From Octopus vulgaris (Eukaryota): a stretch of DNA of 64,000 nucleotides. The notes beneath the pieces were generated by a model. The model saw nothing but the letters and a program-made list of their open reading frames with translations, was not told the origin of the DNA and did no database searches. The stretch covers positions 159,774,001 to 159,838,000 of the forward strand of contig OX597817.1 of the NCBI GenBank assembly GCA_951406725.2, read 5' to 3'. Shown piece by piece: positions 26,761 through 39,432 of this stretch (positions are counted from its first letter, which is position 1; every line of letters begins with the position of its first letter). Position numbers and translations under genes: made by a program.

Positions 26761-28453
26761 TTATGGTATAATACTACAGTGATAGCAGTTTAGTGGTATT
26801 GTGGCATAATAGTATAGTGATACTGTTGTATATTGCAGTATGATAATATAGTGATATTGTAGTATAGTTATATTTTGTGGTATATATAACTGGTGTTATA
26901 TATTGTGGTATATATAATGCTGGTGTCATGTTAAAAGCACTGGTGCTGGTGCCGCATGGAAAGCACCTGATATTGTGTTACTGCAGTATGCGATATAGTG
27001 ACATTGTCAATGAATTCCATCCATTACTGGTGTTGATTTTATTGCTCATGGAAAGATGGAAGAAATTTGACTTTGGACTTTAGCAAGTCCTGAACTCAGG
27101 TTCTAGAAAGATGAAAGTAAATGTGCTAAAAAATGTATCTCAGTGCCATACTAAGTCACTACTCTAGGGATGCCAAGCACACTGCTCCCATACTTTAGAT
27201 TTCATGATGACTTTTTATATTAAGGCATCTCCCATGCAATCAAAATACTTCTTGCTAGACATGAACTGCTTCATGAGAAAAGATATTGAGAATATCCTCC
27301 TTTCTGGGCATGATAACTTGATCTCATTCAACGGAACCAAAATACTAATCACTAAAACATATCAAGAAATTCACTTAGAACACCATGTTTTATTTAATCA
27401 TGAAATTAGCTGTGTAGTTAAGAAGTTTGCTTTGCAACCATGTGATATCAGGTTAAGCTTCACTATGCAGCGTCTTGAGCATATGCCTTTCTTTATAGCC
27501 ACAGATTGACCAATGCCTTATGAGTGAATTTGGCAGATGAAACTGTACAGAAGCTTGTGGTATTGTCATCATCATCATCATTTAACATTCAAGCTTGCAT
27601 GGGTCAGATGGAATTAGTTGAGGCAAATTTTCTACAGCTGGATGCCCTTCCTGTTGCCAACACTCACCTGTTTCCAAGCAAGGTAATATTTTCCTATGGC
27701 CAGGCATGTTTTGGCAGTCTGGAAAAGAACAACCTCCTTTATATAACGATGTTCATTAACAAACCTTTTGTGCTATCTAGACAAGGGCACTCACACACAC
27801 ACACGCACATAAAATATATATAATGGTAATAATGTAATAGGGTTTGTTGAGTGATTATGGTAAAATGCCGTTGGTTAATCTCTAGCATAAACACAACTTG
27901 TGTAGAAAATACAGATGTTTTGATAACTGATCAATAAAGTTTATTAACCAATGCATCAAATATGATTTGTCCCATATTGAAATTAGACAGAAAATTCAAA
28001 TAAGATGACAGATGCTATACAACTCCATTTCAAAAACAAACACTGCTTATAATGCAATAATCACGTCTGCTAATAAATGGGACGGAAGGGATTGTCAAAT
28101 AGTACAGTTATTTCAAAAGCTCATCAGGTGCATCTTACACAACATTACAAGTGTGTTTGTCTGGTGTTCTTTATCATCAGGTTCACATGACTGTTTAGTT
28201 GAAAACAGAGAGTGTAAAAGAAAGCTGGGCTGGCAAAAAGAATCAAAGAAGTAGGAGCAGAGATTGGAATTGGTAAAAAAGACCAGTGATATACCTCACT
28301 CACCAGTTACCTTAGCAAGGTAGATAGGGGTGTGGTTTCATTTCATTATCAACATACTCAAATTATTGTAGTGGCTGCAGTAGATTATAATCTCATTAGT
28401 GTATATGCGGTGTCAATAATGTGCAGAGGGTACACCAAAAGCTGGGATGCTTA

Positions 28454-28636
28454 CCGGGCGAAATGCTTAGCGGTATTTCGTCTGTCTTTAATGTTTTGAG
28501 TTCAAATTCCGCCGAGGTCGACTTTGCCTTTCATCCTTTAGGGGTCGATAAATTAAGTACCAGTTGCGTACTGGGGCCAATCTAATCAGCTGGTCCCCTC
28601 CCCGCAAATTTTTGGCCTTGTGTCTAGAGTAGAAAA
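28454..28636 (+). mobile_element. 5'-truncated SINE (Meta-domain-like) with 17-bp TSD
   Basis: gttcaaattccgccgaggtcgactttgcctttcatcctttaggggtcgataaattaagtacc; TSD aaaagctgggatgctta at 28437-28453 and 28637-28653; relatives at 33635-33770 and 48410-48525. Confidence 0.85.
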
Positions 28637-29054
28637 AAAAGCTGGGATGCTTATTGCTTAGGATAGATAAATATGAGTAATAAAAGTTCATGAAGGGAAA
28701 CAAGGAAGAGAACAGAAGGAGAGAGTGAAAAAAAAAGAAAAAGAATAAGGACAAATAAGGTGGCAGTTGTAGGTCACTTGTATGTTCACACACATAACTA
28801 TACTAGTCCACACACACACATGCACATACACACACATGCACACACTCACACAAATAAAACTAGATAGAAGTATGGATATTGAAGCATATCAGAATATATA
28901 ACTATAGACACACAGAAACATATGTAAATTTAAAAAATTTACATGTGTATGTACATACATATGCATATGTAAGTACATATGTATGTATATATGCATGTAT
29001 ATTTTCTACATGTTTACATATGTGTGTCTATAGTTATATTATTATGCATATATG

Positions 29055-29108
<54 letters not shown>

Positions 29109-29193
29109 TACATATATATATATATACATATATACATATATATATATATACACATCATCATCATTTAGCGTCCGTTTTCCATGCTAGCATGGG

Positions 29194-29269
<76 letters not shown>

Positions 29270-29314
29270 ATATATATATCATACATATATATACATATAT
29301 ATATATATACACAC

Positions 29315-29346
<32 letters not shown>

Positions 29347-29421
29347 ATACATATATATATATATACATACATATATACATATATATACATACATACACAT
29401 GCACACACACACACACACATA

Positions 29422-30275
29422 TATACATGTAGTGATGAGTAAATTGTTGCCATTTTATAATTTTCATTTTGCACGTGTACATTGTTTGTTTTTGAGTTTG
29501 TTGACTTCACAGTATAGTAGGATCAGTTGGACACCATCTCTGAGAAAAACAGCACCATGATGTAATTCTCTCTGCCAGAAATTTGGAAACAACATGCTGT
29601 ACTGCTTGGCATTCAGGCCAGAAGCTCCGATATGAACATTTCAGAGTGTTTGGGTGTCAATCTGTTGCCTTGCTGTGTCACCAAATCATGTACTGAGAGT
29701 GATAAAAATCAAACATCCAGTCAACATTATGGTGTTTTGAGGGAATACTAGTGATGGCAATGTTATGCCTCCATTCATCTTCCCACACAGCCTCAGGCAC
29801 AACATGGGTGCCTACATCAAGTGCCTGGAGGAGATAGTGCTGCTGTGGGTCAAGAGGGTGGCTGCTAGAAGACTATGTCTGGCAACAGGACTCTGCACCA
29901 TGCTACAGAAGCAGGAGAACCCAGTCATAGCCATCAGACAATTTCTGTGATGACATCACTCCTAACATCTGGCCACCTAACTACCCCATACTACAACCAC
30001 CTTGATTATTATGTGTAGGGTACAGTTGAGTAAGAGACCAATAAAACTCCTTGTAATACCAACGATGAACTGAAGGCAAGGATTATGGCAGCTTTCACCA
30101 ACTTAAACAAGGAGACCATCCAGTAGAGTTGCAGGAGATTCCAAAGTCATCTGGAGGCTGTGGCAGGAGGCTGGAGGCTGTGGCTGGAGGCTGTGAAGCT
30201 AATGGCAATTTTATTGAATATATTTACTCTTTAATATATTCAGATATTTTCATGTAATTTTGGTAAATATATAAT
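29422..30275 (+). mobile_element. Internally deleted maT/mariner-like DNA transposon
   Basis: Collinear with 43218-44370; encodes MPPFIFPH.LR.N, WQQDSAP and WPPN.P..N.LDYYV remnants. Confidence 0.8.
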
Positions 30276-30352
30276 ATATAATGAAATTATTGTATACAGA
30301 TGTCATTTTTGTGCAATTTAAATGACAGTTTATTCATGGCATTCTGTATGTA

Positions 30353-30398
<46 letters not shown>

Positions 30399-31163
30399 CT
30401 TACACACTCACACAGACACACACACACACATATTTGTGCTTTAAATGTACAGAAGACAAAAGTCTGAGACAGGTGTGGGATCAAGAAGCAGATGTAGTAG
30501 TTTGACAATTAGAGAAAATTGAAAAGTCATCGACATTTCAAGCCATGTTCATTTACAGAAAGAGATGAAAGGAATACATATATATATATATAAGAGAACA
30601 AAGTGTACGTACATCTGTTGTTATGCCCTGTTATTATTTTTATTGTATTTATATATTTGTGTAACATTGTCCGTTTTTTTCCATCCTTGTTTTTGTATAC
30701 ATTTGATGCTTTCTTCCAAGGAATCTAATGCTCTTAGCTTAGTTTTCCCTTGGGGCTGGCCAGATTGGAGCAATCTCAAGAATAATCAGCTGAAATTGCG
30801 AGGATAATCTGGTGCTTGACTGAAGAAAGAAAACTTCGAATGGCCCGTCCTTGTTTTCTTTGTATCGTCTATCTGGATGTTTTGTTGTTCCTTTTTGTAT
30901 CACCTAGCTGTCTGGATGTTTTGCGTTCTTATCCCATTTTGTATTATATATATATATAAATTTTTTCCGTAATGGCACCTTTGTGTCTCACTGACACCAT
31001 CACCTCACCATAACCTCTCATAACCTCTCTCTCTATATATAGTCAAAACTATTGCAAAGATTGCAAGATGCAATGAAAATTTTAGAAAAATAAAAAAGAA
31101 ACAAGTGGAAATTTTACTGGTCAGTGTGTTAAATTATAAGGCACCCAAAGAGTGTGTGTATAT

Positions 31164-31164
<1 letters not shown>

Positions 31165-31201
<37 letters not shown>

Positions 31202-32275
31202 TTAGCATCCGTTTTCCATGCTAGCATGGGTTGGACGGTTCTACTGGGGTCTGTGAAGCCAGAAGGCTTCATCAGGCCCAGTCAAATCTGGCAGTGTTTC
31301 TACGGCTGGATGCCCTTCCTAACGCCAACCACTCCGTGAGTGTAGTGGGTGCTTTTTACGTGCCACCCACACTGGTGCCAGACAGAGCTGGCAAACGGCC
31401 ATGAACGGATGGTGCTTTTTATGTGCCACCGGCACGAGGGCCAGGCGAGGCTGGCAACGGACACGAAACGGGGCGGTGCTGGCAACGGTCGCGAAACGGA
31501 AAGTTCTCTTACATGCCACCGGCACTGGTAACACATCTGCAATTTCCATTGATCGATTTCGATTCTGATCCTCACTTGCCTCAATGGGTCTTCACAAGCA
31601 GAGTTTCGACATGCCACCGGCACTGGTAGCACATCCGCAATTTTCATTGATCGATTTTGATTCTGATCCTCACTTGCCTCAACATGTCTTCACAAGTAGA
31701 GTTTTGTGTCCCAAGAAGGGAAGGTATGCATACGTAGGCTGGCTCCATCCCATGTAGAAGGCCACGGGTTGTGGACTCACTTGTCCTGCCGGGTCTTCTC
31801 GCGCACAGCACACTTCCAGAGGTCTCGGTCTCTAGTCATTTCCTCAGTGAGACCTAAAGTTCGAAGGTCGTGCTTCACCACCTCGTCCCAGGTTTTCCTG
31901 GGTCTGCCTCTTCCACAGGTTCCCTCAACCGCTAGGGTGTGGCACTTTTTCACACAACTATCTTCATCCATTCTCGCCACATGACCATACCAGCGCAAAC
32001 GTCTCTCTTGCACACCACAACTGATGCTTCTTAGGTCCAGCTTTTCTCTCAAGGTACTTACACTCTGCCGAGTGTGAGTACCGGCATTACACATCCATCG
32101 GAGCATACTGGCTTCATTTCTAGCGAGCTTACGCATATCCTCAGCAGTCACGGCCCATGTTTCACTGCCATGTAGCATGGCTGTTCGTACACACGCATCA
32201 TACAGTCTGCCTTTCACTCTGTGCGAGAGGCCTTTTGTCACCAGCAGAGGTAAGAGCTCTCTGAACTTTGCCCAA
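31165..32275 (-). mobile_element. 5'-truncated RTE LINE with intact ORF C-terminus (31777-32275)
   Basis: KGRLYDACVRTAMLHGSETW...ERRLRWYGHVARMDE...GRGRPRKTW, near-identical to ORF 39433-40095; (cat)n tail. Confidence 0.93.
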
Positions 32276-32951
32276 TAAACTGCAAAAAGTTCTTTTTATA
32301 TTTCATGGTAGGCAACCAGGGTTTGCTGGGTATGCTAATAAAAATACATGAGTTAAGGAATGGAGTAGATAAGCTCCGGGCTACATATGTCTCATAGCAA
32401 GCAGAACCTAGTTTCTTCCATGTGTCAATATGTACCTCCTTGTGACAATGTAAGCTTTCATTCAGTCAAGATACTCTTGGCCTCACGAGTAGCCTGCAGT
32501 GTACTCCTTGCTTGGATATTTTACCACTTCCGAGGTTCTACTCACTATGAAACATATATAGCCCAGATCTTATCTACTCTATTCCTTAACTCTTGTATAC
32601 ATAAACATACACACAGACACACACATGCATGCAGGTATTTATATGTGTGTGTATACTTTTTCGTGTTTGATTCTCCTTGAGTGACCAATCATTGTTGGCT
32701 TGTCTGTTTCTCCATAATCCAGCAGTTCAACAAAAAGAGACTGATAAAAAAAAAGTACAAGATTTAAAATAAGTTTTGAGATTGCTTGATAGAGTATGTA
32801 ATTCAAAATGGTGCCCCAGCATGGCCACAATCCAAAGACTGAAACAAGTAAAAAAAAAAAAAAAAAGAAAGTGAAACAACTCAGGAACTTTAAAAAATGC
32901 CTAAGCTCAGAGTTTCAGTGAACTCAGAGTAACCACATGTCTATAACAATG

Positions 32952-33390
32952 TGTGGCTGTGTGGTTAGAAGTTTGCTTCCCAAACACACAGTTTCAGGTT
33001 CAGTCCTACTGCATGGCACTTTAGACAAATGTTTTTTTGTTGTCTTCAAAAGACCAAAGCCTTGTGAATAGATTTGATAGATGGAAACTGAAAGAGGGCC
33101 ATCTTTCATGTAGCTGTACGTTTGTGTGTGTCTGTAAGTGTCTTCTTTCTTTGACAATGCATGATAATCGTAAATGAGAGTCACTGTCATACTTGCAGTG
33201 TCTTAAGTTTCCAATCTTTCATGGTAACATGTCTGGTGATAGGAAATATTACCTTACTTTGAAACAGGTGAGGGTTGGTGACAGGAATGGCATCCAGCCA
33301 TAGTAATTCTTCCTCAACAAATTCCATGCATGGAAAAATGGATTTAAAACGACGATGATGATGATGATGACAATGACGACGACGACGACA
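32952..33390 (+). mobile_element. SINE with family B head and RTE-type tail
   Basis: tggctgtgtggttagaag head; gagggttggtgacaggaatggcatccagcc...gcatggaaaaatggatttaaaacgacgatgatg tail. Confidence 0.8.
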
Positions 33391-33770
33391 AAGACTCAAT
33401 GTATTCTTCATGGAATAAAATAAATTACTTCATCTCTGAGCAGCTGCTGATCCAACAGAACATACAAGTGTGCTCCATACTAATTTACAACTGATATATC
33501 TTGTACAGAGGAGCTGCTGCATATGCAGATAGTCTAGACTGCATTTTGTGAATCTTTAGTCAGTAATGCATTATTTTTTTTATTGTTGCATTGGTTTCTT
33601 CTGAAATGAATTAACAAGCTGTGTGTCAGTTCATAAGGTGGTGAGCTAGTAGAATTGTATGCGCATTAGGCAAAATACTTAGTAGCATTTCTTCTGGCTC
33701 CGTATGTTCTGAGTTCAACTCCCACTGAGGTCAACTTTGCCTTTTATCTCTTCAGGGTCAATAAATTAAG

Positions 33771-34407
33771 GTGGATATATTTGAGTCATCAAAGTACAAA
33801 ATAATTTTTTTTATGGAAAAGAGGCCCTTCATCACCACCACCACCACCACCATCATCATCGTCATTGTCATCATCATTTAACGTCCATTTTCCATGCTTG
33901 CGTGGTTCAATGAAATTTATTGAGACAAATTTTCTCTGATGACTCTTGACCAAGGTGCTACACTGAGGGACTGAACCAGAGACCACCTAGTTGGAAAGCA
34001 AACTTAACTATACAGTCACACCTGTGCCTATTGTTCTTTGAAATTCATTTTGGTAATTGCAAGAAGCTTGAGATTTAGGGTGTAAACACGAACAAAAGAT
34101 GGTATGAGAAAAACATATCCTAACATGGGGTTGGAGTACTTTGCAAAATTGCATACAAGTTGAATACAAAAAAAACAAAAAACAGAGCCACTATCTACAA
34201 AACCTGAATCTCAAGTATTATGGTGGTACACCTGCTTATTCTGAATGAATGCTTCAAAAAACATATTTAACCAATTGAAGTAATCTAAAAGAAAATTTTC
34301 AGAATAGTTGCAGTTGATGGAACAGAGCTGCCAAAAATTTTGTCATAAACAACTTACAGCATAAGAGAGAGTTTGGTGTGCCATCCATACTTTTATTGTT
34401 GTAGTTG

Positions 34408-34446
<39 letters not shown>

Positions 34447-35097
34447 CATCATTTCAGTGTTCACTTTCCCATGCATTTATTGAGATGGGTTTATTATGAC
34501 TAGATGCCCTTCTTGCAACCAACCAACTCTTACTTGTTTCCAAGTAAGGTAATAAATATTTTCCCATGACCAGATGTTTTTCACAGAAGACCAGAAATGA
34601 AAAATGTTGATTGGAAGGCAAGTGACACACATTTACAACAATCAAGTGAAGTCAAAGCAAGGAGACAGTAACACAAAACCACACATATATGCATGCATTG
34701 CGAAGTACTCCAACCCCATGTCAGGATATGTTTTTCTCATACCATCTTTTGTTCGTGTTTACACCCTAAATCTCAAGCTTCTTGCAATTACCAAAATGAA
34801 TTTCAAAGAACAATAGGCACAGGTGTGACTATATAGTTAAGTTTGCTTTCCAACTAGGTGGTCTCTGGTTCAGTCCCTCAGTGTAGCACCTTGGTCAAGA
34901 GTCATCAGAGAAAATTTGTCTCAATAAATTTCATTGAACCACGCAAGCATGGAAAATGGACGTTAAATGATGATGACAATGATGATGATGATGATGATGA
35001 TTGTGGTGGTGGTGGTGCTGGTGGTGGTGGTGATGATTAAAGGCTTCTTTTCCATAAAAAACATCATTTTGTGCTTTGATGACTCAAATATATCCAC
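33771..35097. repeat. Inverted duplication: arms 33771-34146 and 34698-35097, ~550 bp spacer
   Basis: The same peptide MVSGSVPQCSTLVKSHQRKFVS... appears on opposite strands; arms are reverse complements with few substitutions. Confidence 0.92.
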
Positions 35098-35721
35098 ACA
35101 TGCATACATATATGCATGATGGGATTCTTTGTTTCTTTCCATGAAGTTCACTTACAAGGCTTTATTCGGTTCAGGGTTATAGTGAAAGACACTTGCCCAA
35201 ACTGTCTTACAGTGGGTCTAAACTTGAAATTATGTAGTTAGGAAGCGAACTTCTTACCACACAGCCATGCCCACCCCTTATTAGCATTTATAAAATGCTA
35301 TTAAACTGCACAGCCTATCAGAACACGAAATACTGTTGCCACCTCCAACTATTGTATGAATGACATTGTTGTACTAAGAGTAACATTTTTACTACAGTAA
35401 ATGCATTTTCAGTGCCTGATAAGAAATACAGATTAAACAGGCACTTTTATAGTAACCAAGATTATGTGAAACAAAAATCTAAGCTACAAACATCTTTCAA
35501 ACAGTTGAGGCCATCTCAGTAGATGTATGCTTTCAAAAGTTGAGTGCACAAACTTTTCAACAATACACCATTGATTTTGGACTACTCTTTCAGGTTTTTT
35601 TGTGCTACATAGCTATTGTTCACATGCATATACTTAAGTGCTGGTGGTGGACTACTGGGAGAGGCTATAAGAGTTGAGGCTCTAATCTCAGGAGAGAAGA
35701 GCACAACGATATACAGCAATA

Positions 35722-36510
35722 ATCATCATCATTATCATCATTTAATGTCCTTTGTCCGTGCTGGCATGGGTCAGACGGTTTTACTGGGTTCACATGCTTC
35801 AATCTGATTTGGCATGGTTTTCTATGGCTGGATGCCCTTCCTAACATCAACCACTTGCTTTTACGTACCACCAGTACAGGTGCCATTTGCGTGATACTGG
35901 GGTACTTTTACATGCCACTGGCATGGGTGTCAATTTCATGATACCTGTATCTGTCATGACTGCAATTTTGCTCAGCTTCATGGGTCTTCTTCTGAAGCAC
36001 AACATAATGCCAAAGGTCTTGGTCATTGCCTCTGTGAAGGCCCAGTACTCGAAAGGAACTCAGTCACATTGCCTCCATGCGGCCCAACGCTCAAAAGGAA
36101 CTCAGCCACTTTTCCTCCATAAGGCCCAATGCTTGAAAGGTGTTCTTTACATGCCATCAGCATGGATGCACTTGGCTTGATGGTCCTCTCAAGCATAACA
36201 CATCGCCAAAAGTTTTGGTCACTAGTCATTGCCTCTATGAAGCTCAGAGTTTGAAGGTCATGCTTCACCACCTTGTCTTGTGTCTTCCTGGGTCTACATC
36301 TGACACAGGTTCCCTCCACAGTTGGATATCAGCACTTCTTTACACAACTTTCTTCATCCATATGCATCACATGACCATACCAGTGCAGTTGTCTCTCTTG
36401 CACACCACATCTGATTCCTCTTATGCCTAGCTTTTCTCTCAAGATGCTTACACTCTGTTGAACATGCACACTGACATTACACATCCAGCAAAGCATACTG
36501 GCTTCATTTA
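35722..36510 (-). mobile_element. Older 5'-truncated RTE copy
   Basis: EGTCVRCRPRKTQDKVVKHDLQTL; tggatgcccttcctaac; (cat)n tail. Confidence 0.85.
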
Positions 36511-36890
36511 CGGAAAATCATGGAAGGGCTAGCACCCAGCTCTGGGACTGAAAGCTACACCAATCACCTGGACAGGACACTACTGCATAGTATCAGGTCC
36601 CACTCTCTCTATTCAGAGAGAGAACTCAATATTATGACTGCAACTTTCCAGTACCTGGCCAAAAGGCCTTAGAGAACTGTGAGATGTAGATGTGGATGTG
36701 CTTAAAGAACAATTAGACAAACTTTTATCTGATATATCAGATGAACCCACATCACAGCAAGAAATGCAAAGAAGGGCAGCTCTGTCTTACTCACTAATTT
36801 ACCTGGACTGATTCCAGGGACAGGACCTGGAAGTGAGTCTAAAATAAACAAGCATGGCCACAACCCATGGTTGAAACCAATAATAAAATA
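36511..36890 (+). mobile_element. Decayed CR1-group 3' fragment
   Basis: KIMEGLAP...DVDVLKEQLDKLLSDISDEP...RAALSYSL, similar to 18568-19004. Confidence 0.55.
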
Positions 36891-38556
36891 AGATTATATT
36901 TTGGTTGTATCTTATGTTCCAGATCCAACAAGTAGATTATAGTTATACTGGGGCACTGCAATTGACACCTGAAGAGGCAATAAAGAGACAAGTTCATTCA
37001 AACAGGTTGCAGTTTGATTTGCTGGGCACATTGCTGATGCTGGCTGGTTAGCTGACTTTCTGACTGGCTGGTTGAAATATTTGTTCCAACAAAAGAAAAA
37101 GAGAATCTTATTAGATCCTATTGTTACAACCTGTCTTGCTTGGCAGATGACCTTCATAAGCCCTCAAATTCAGCTGACAAATTGTAAGTGCAGTTAGTAG
37201 CTAAAGACTATAATTTTTATTTTACTTAAAATTAACGAGTTTTATGTGGGATATGCTATTTAACACCAACATGAATTCAGCTGCAAAGATAAGACCAAGG
37301 TGATCTGAGGACTCAGGTGTAAGAAACTTAGTACTGAATTTTTTTATTCTGACATTTTCCAGGTGCATAAGTGGATTTTAACTCAGCACTGCAAGCTAAT
37401 AAAACACTATGGTGTTCCTGCTGGCTACAATGGTGACCCAGATGAATGCTTATAGATATGGTACATATATATAGTTTGATACTCTGAGCTGTTTGAAAGT
37501 TAAGTGCGTTAGACGAGGACACGACAAGATACATAGATACACACCACATGCAAACATACACACATAAAACAGATGCATGCACACATATGTAGAAGTTAGA
37601 ATATCTGGGTTTACTCAAGTAGCCTTAGAAGTTCACTTCACAACTATGTGGTTCTGGGGCTAGTCCCAATGTGTGCTAACTTGGACACATCTCTTCTACT
37701 TTTAACCATTGGTTTGTTATCTTTCATCTTTTACTTCTTTCAGTTATTAAACTGTGACCATGCTGGGGCACAGCCTTCAAGAATCTTAGTTGAATGCATC
37801 AGCCCCAGTAATTTTTTTTTAAAGCCAGGTACTTATTCTATCAACTCAAATCATTTCTGCCCCTTGATTGTGTTTTAGAGAAGTGCTTTTGGTCAAAACT
37901 TAGAAGTCAGTGTGTTTATAAATTATTCAGTTATTACAATTATCACTAATGATATATTTACATAACCAAGGATGCAATCATGCATAGTCATTAGAACTGG
38001 TAAAAAATATCAGTATAGAAATAAAAGATATTAAGAGTTTCTCTCTTGTTGGCCTGTGCACTGCTGTAGTCATCAACTAATATTACTTAGCAGGCCCTTT
38101 ATTAGAGAGGAAAATCATATAAACATACAAGCATATTTACATGTTGGGATTATATATTTAAACTTCCTGTGAAAGATAGATATGTTGTGAATACAAGTAA
38201 GGTTTACAAACTTTGGCACAAAGCCAGATGTCTGATGGCTATACACACACACACACATATATATATATATGTATTTATGTATATTTATGTATATGTGGAA
38301 TTGAATCGTTGCAATATGTAACTGGTACTTATTTAATCAACATCATTGGAATGAAAGTCAAAGTTGACACACAGTGTTTGCATGCAGATTGTAAAAGTAC
38401 AAAACTAAATACTCTATGGCATTTATTCTGACACTCTGTTATTTCTACCTCTCCAATACTTTAATATTCATATACATACATAATACATACATACATACAT
38501 ATATATGTATGTATGAGTATATGTATATATATATATATATGCATATATATATGTGC

Positions 38557-38612
<56 letters not shown>

Positions 38613-38636
38613 CATATATATATATGTATATATATT

Positions 38637-38737
<101 letters not shown>

Positions 38738-38917
38738 CATCATCATCATCATCATCATCATCATCGTTTAACGTCCGCTTTCCATGCTAGCATGGGTTGG
38801 ACGGTTCAACTGGGGTCTGGGAAGCCCGAAGGCTGCACCAGGCCAGTCAGATGTGGCAGTGTTTCTACAGCTGGATGCCCTTCCTAACGCCAACCACTCC
38901 GAGAGTGTAGTGGGTGA

Positions 38918-39260
38918 TTTTATGTGCCACCGACACAGGTGCCAGACGAGGCTGGCAGACGGCCACGCTCGGATGGTGTTTTTTATGTGCCACCGACACA
39001 GGTGCCAGACGAGGCTGGCAGACGGCCACGCTCGGATGGTGTTTTCTTATGTGTCACCGACACAGGTGCTAGACGAGGCTGGCGGACGGCCACGCTCGGA
39101 TGGTGTTTTCTTATGTGTCACCGACACAGGTGCTAGACGAGGCTGGCGGACGGCCACGCTCGGATGGTGTTTGTTACGTGCCCTCAGCATGGAGGCCAGT
39201 CATTGCGGTACTGGCTACGGTCACGTTCGGATGGTTTTCTTATGTGCCACCGGCACTGGT
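38918..39260. repeat. ~60-bp minisatellite in the RTE 3' UTR
   Basis: At least four copies of tatgtgccaccgacacaggtgccagacgaggctggcagacggccacgctcggatggtgtttt. Confidence 0.9.
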
Positions 39261-39432
39261 ACCACAAGGATACAAATTCCATTGATGTTCATCTATTTTG
39301 ATTTGGTTCGATTTGATTTGATACGATTCGATTCTCACTTGCCTCAACAGGTCTTCACAAGTGTCACAAGAAGGAAGGTATGCACAGGTGGACTGACTAC
39401 GTCCCAGGTAGGGGCCACGGATTATGGCTTCA

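Noticed and set aside
38918-39260. CRISPR-like regular repeats
   Set aside because: Contiguous tandem units without unique spacers, inside a LINE 3' UTR, in eukaryotic DNA with no cas genes
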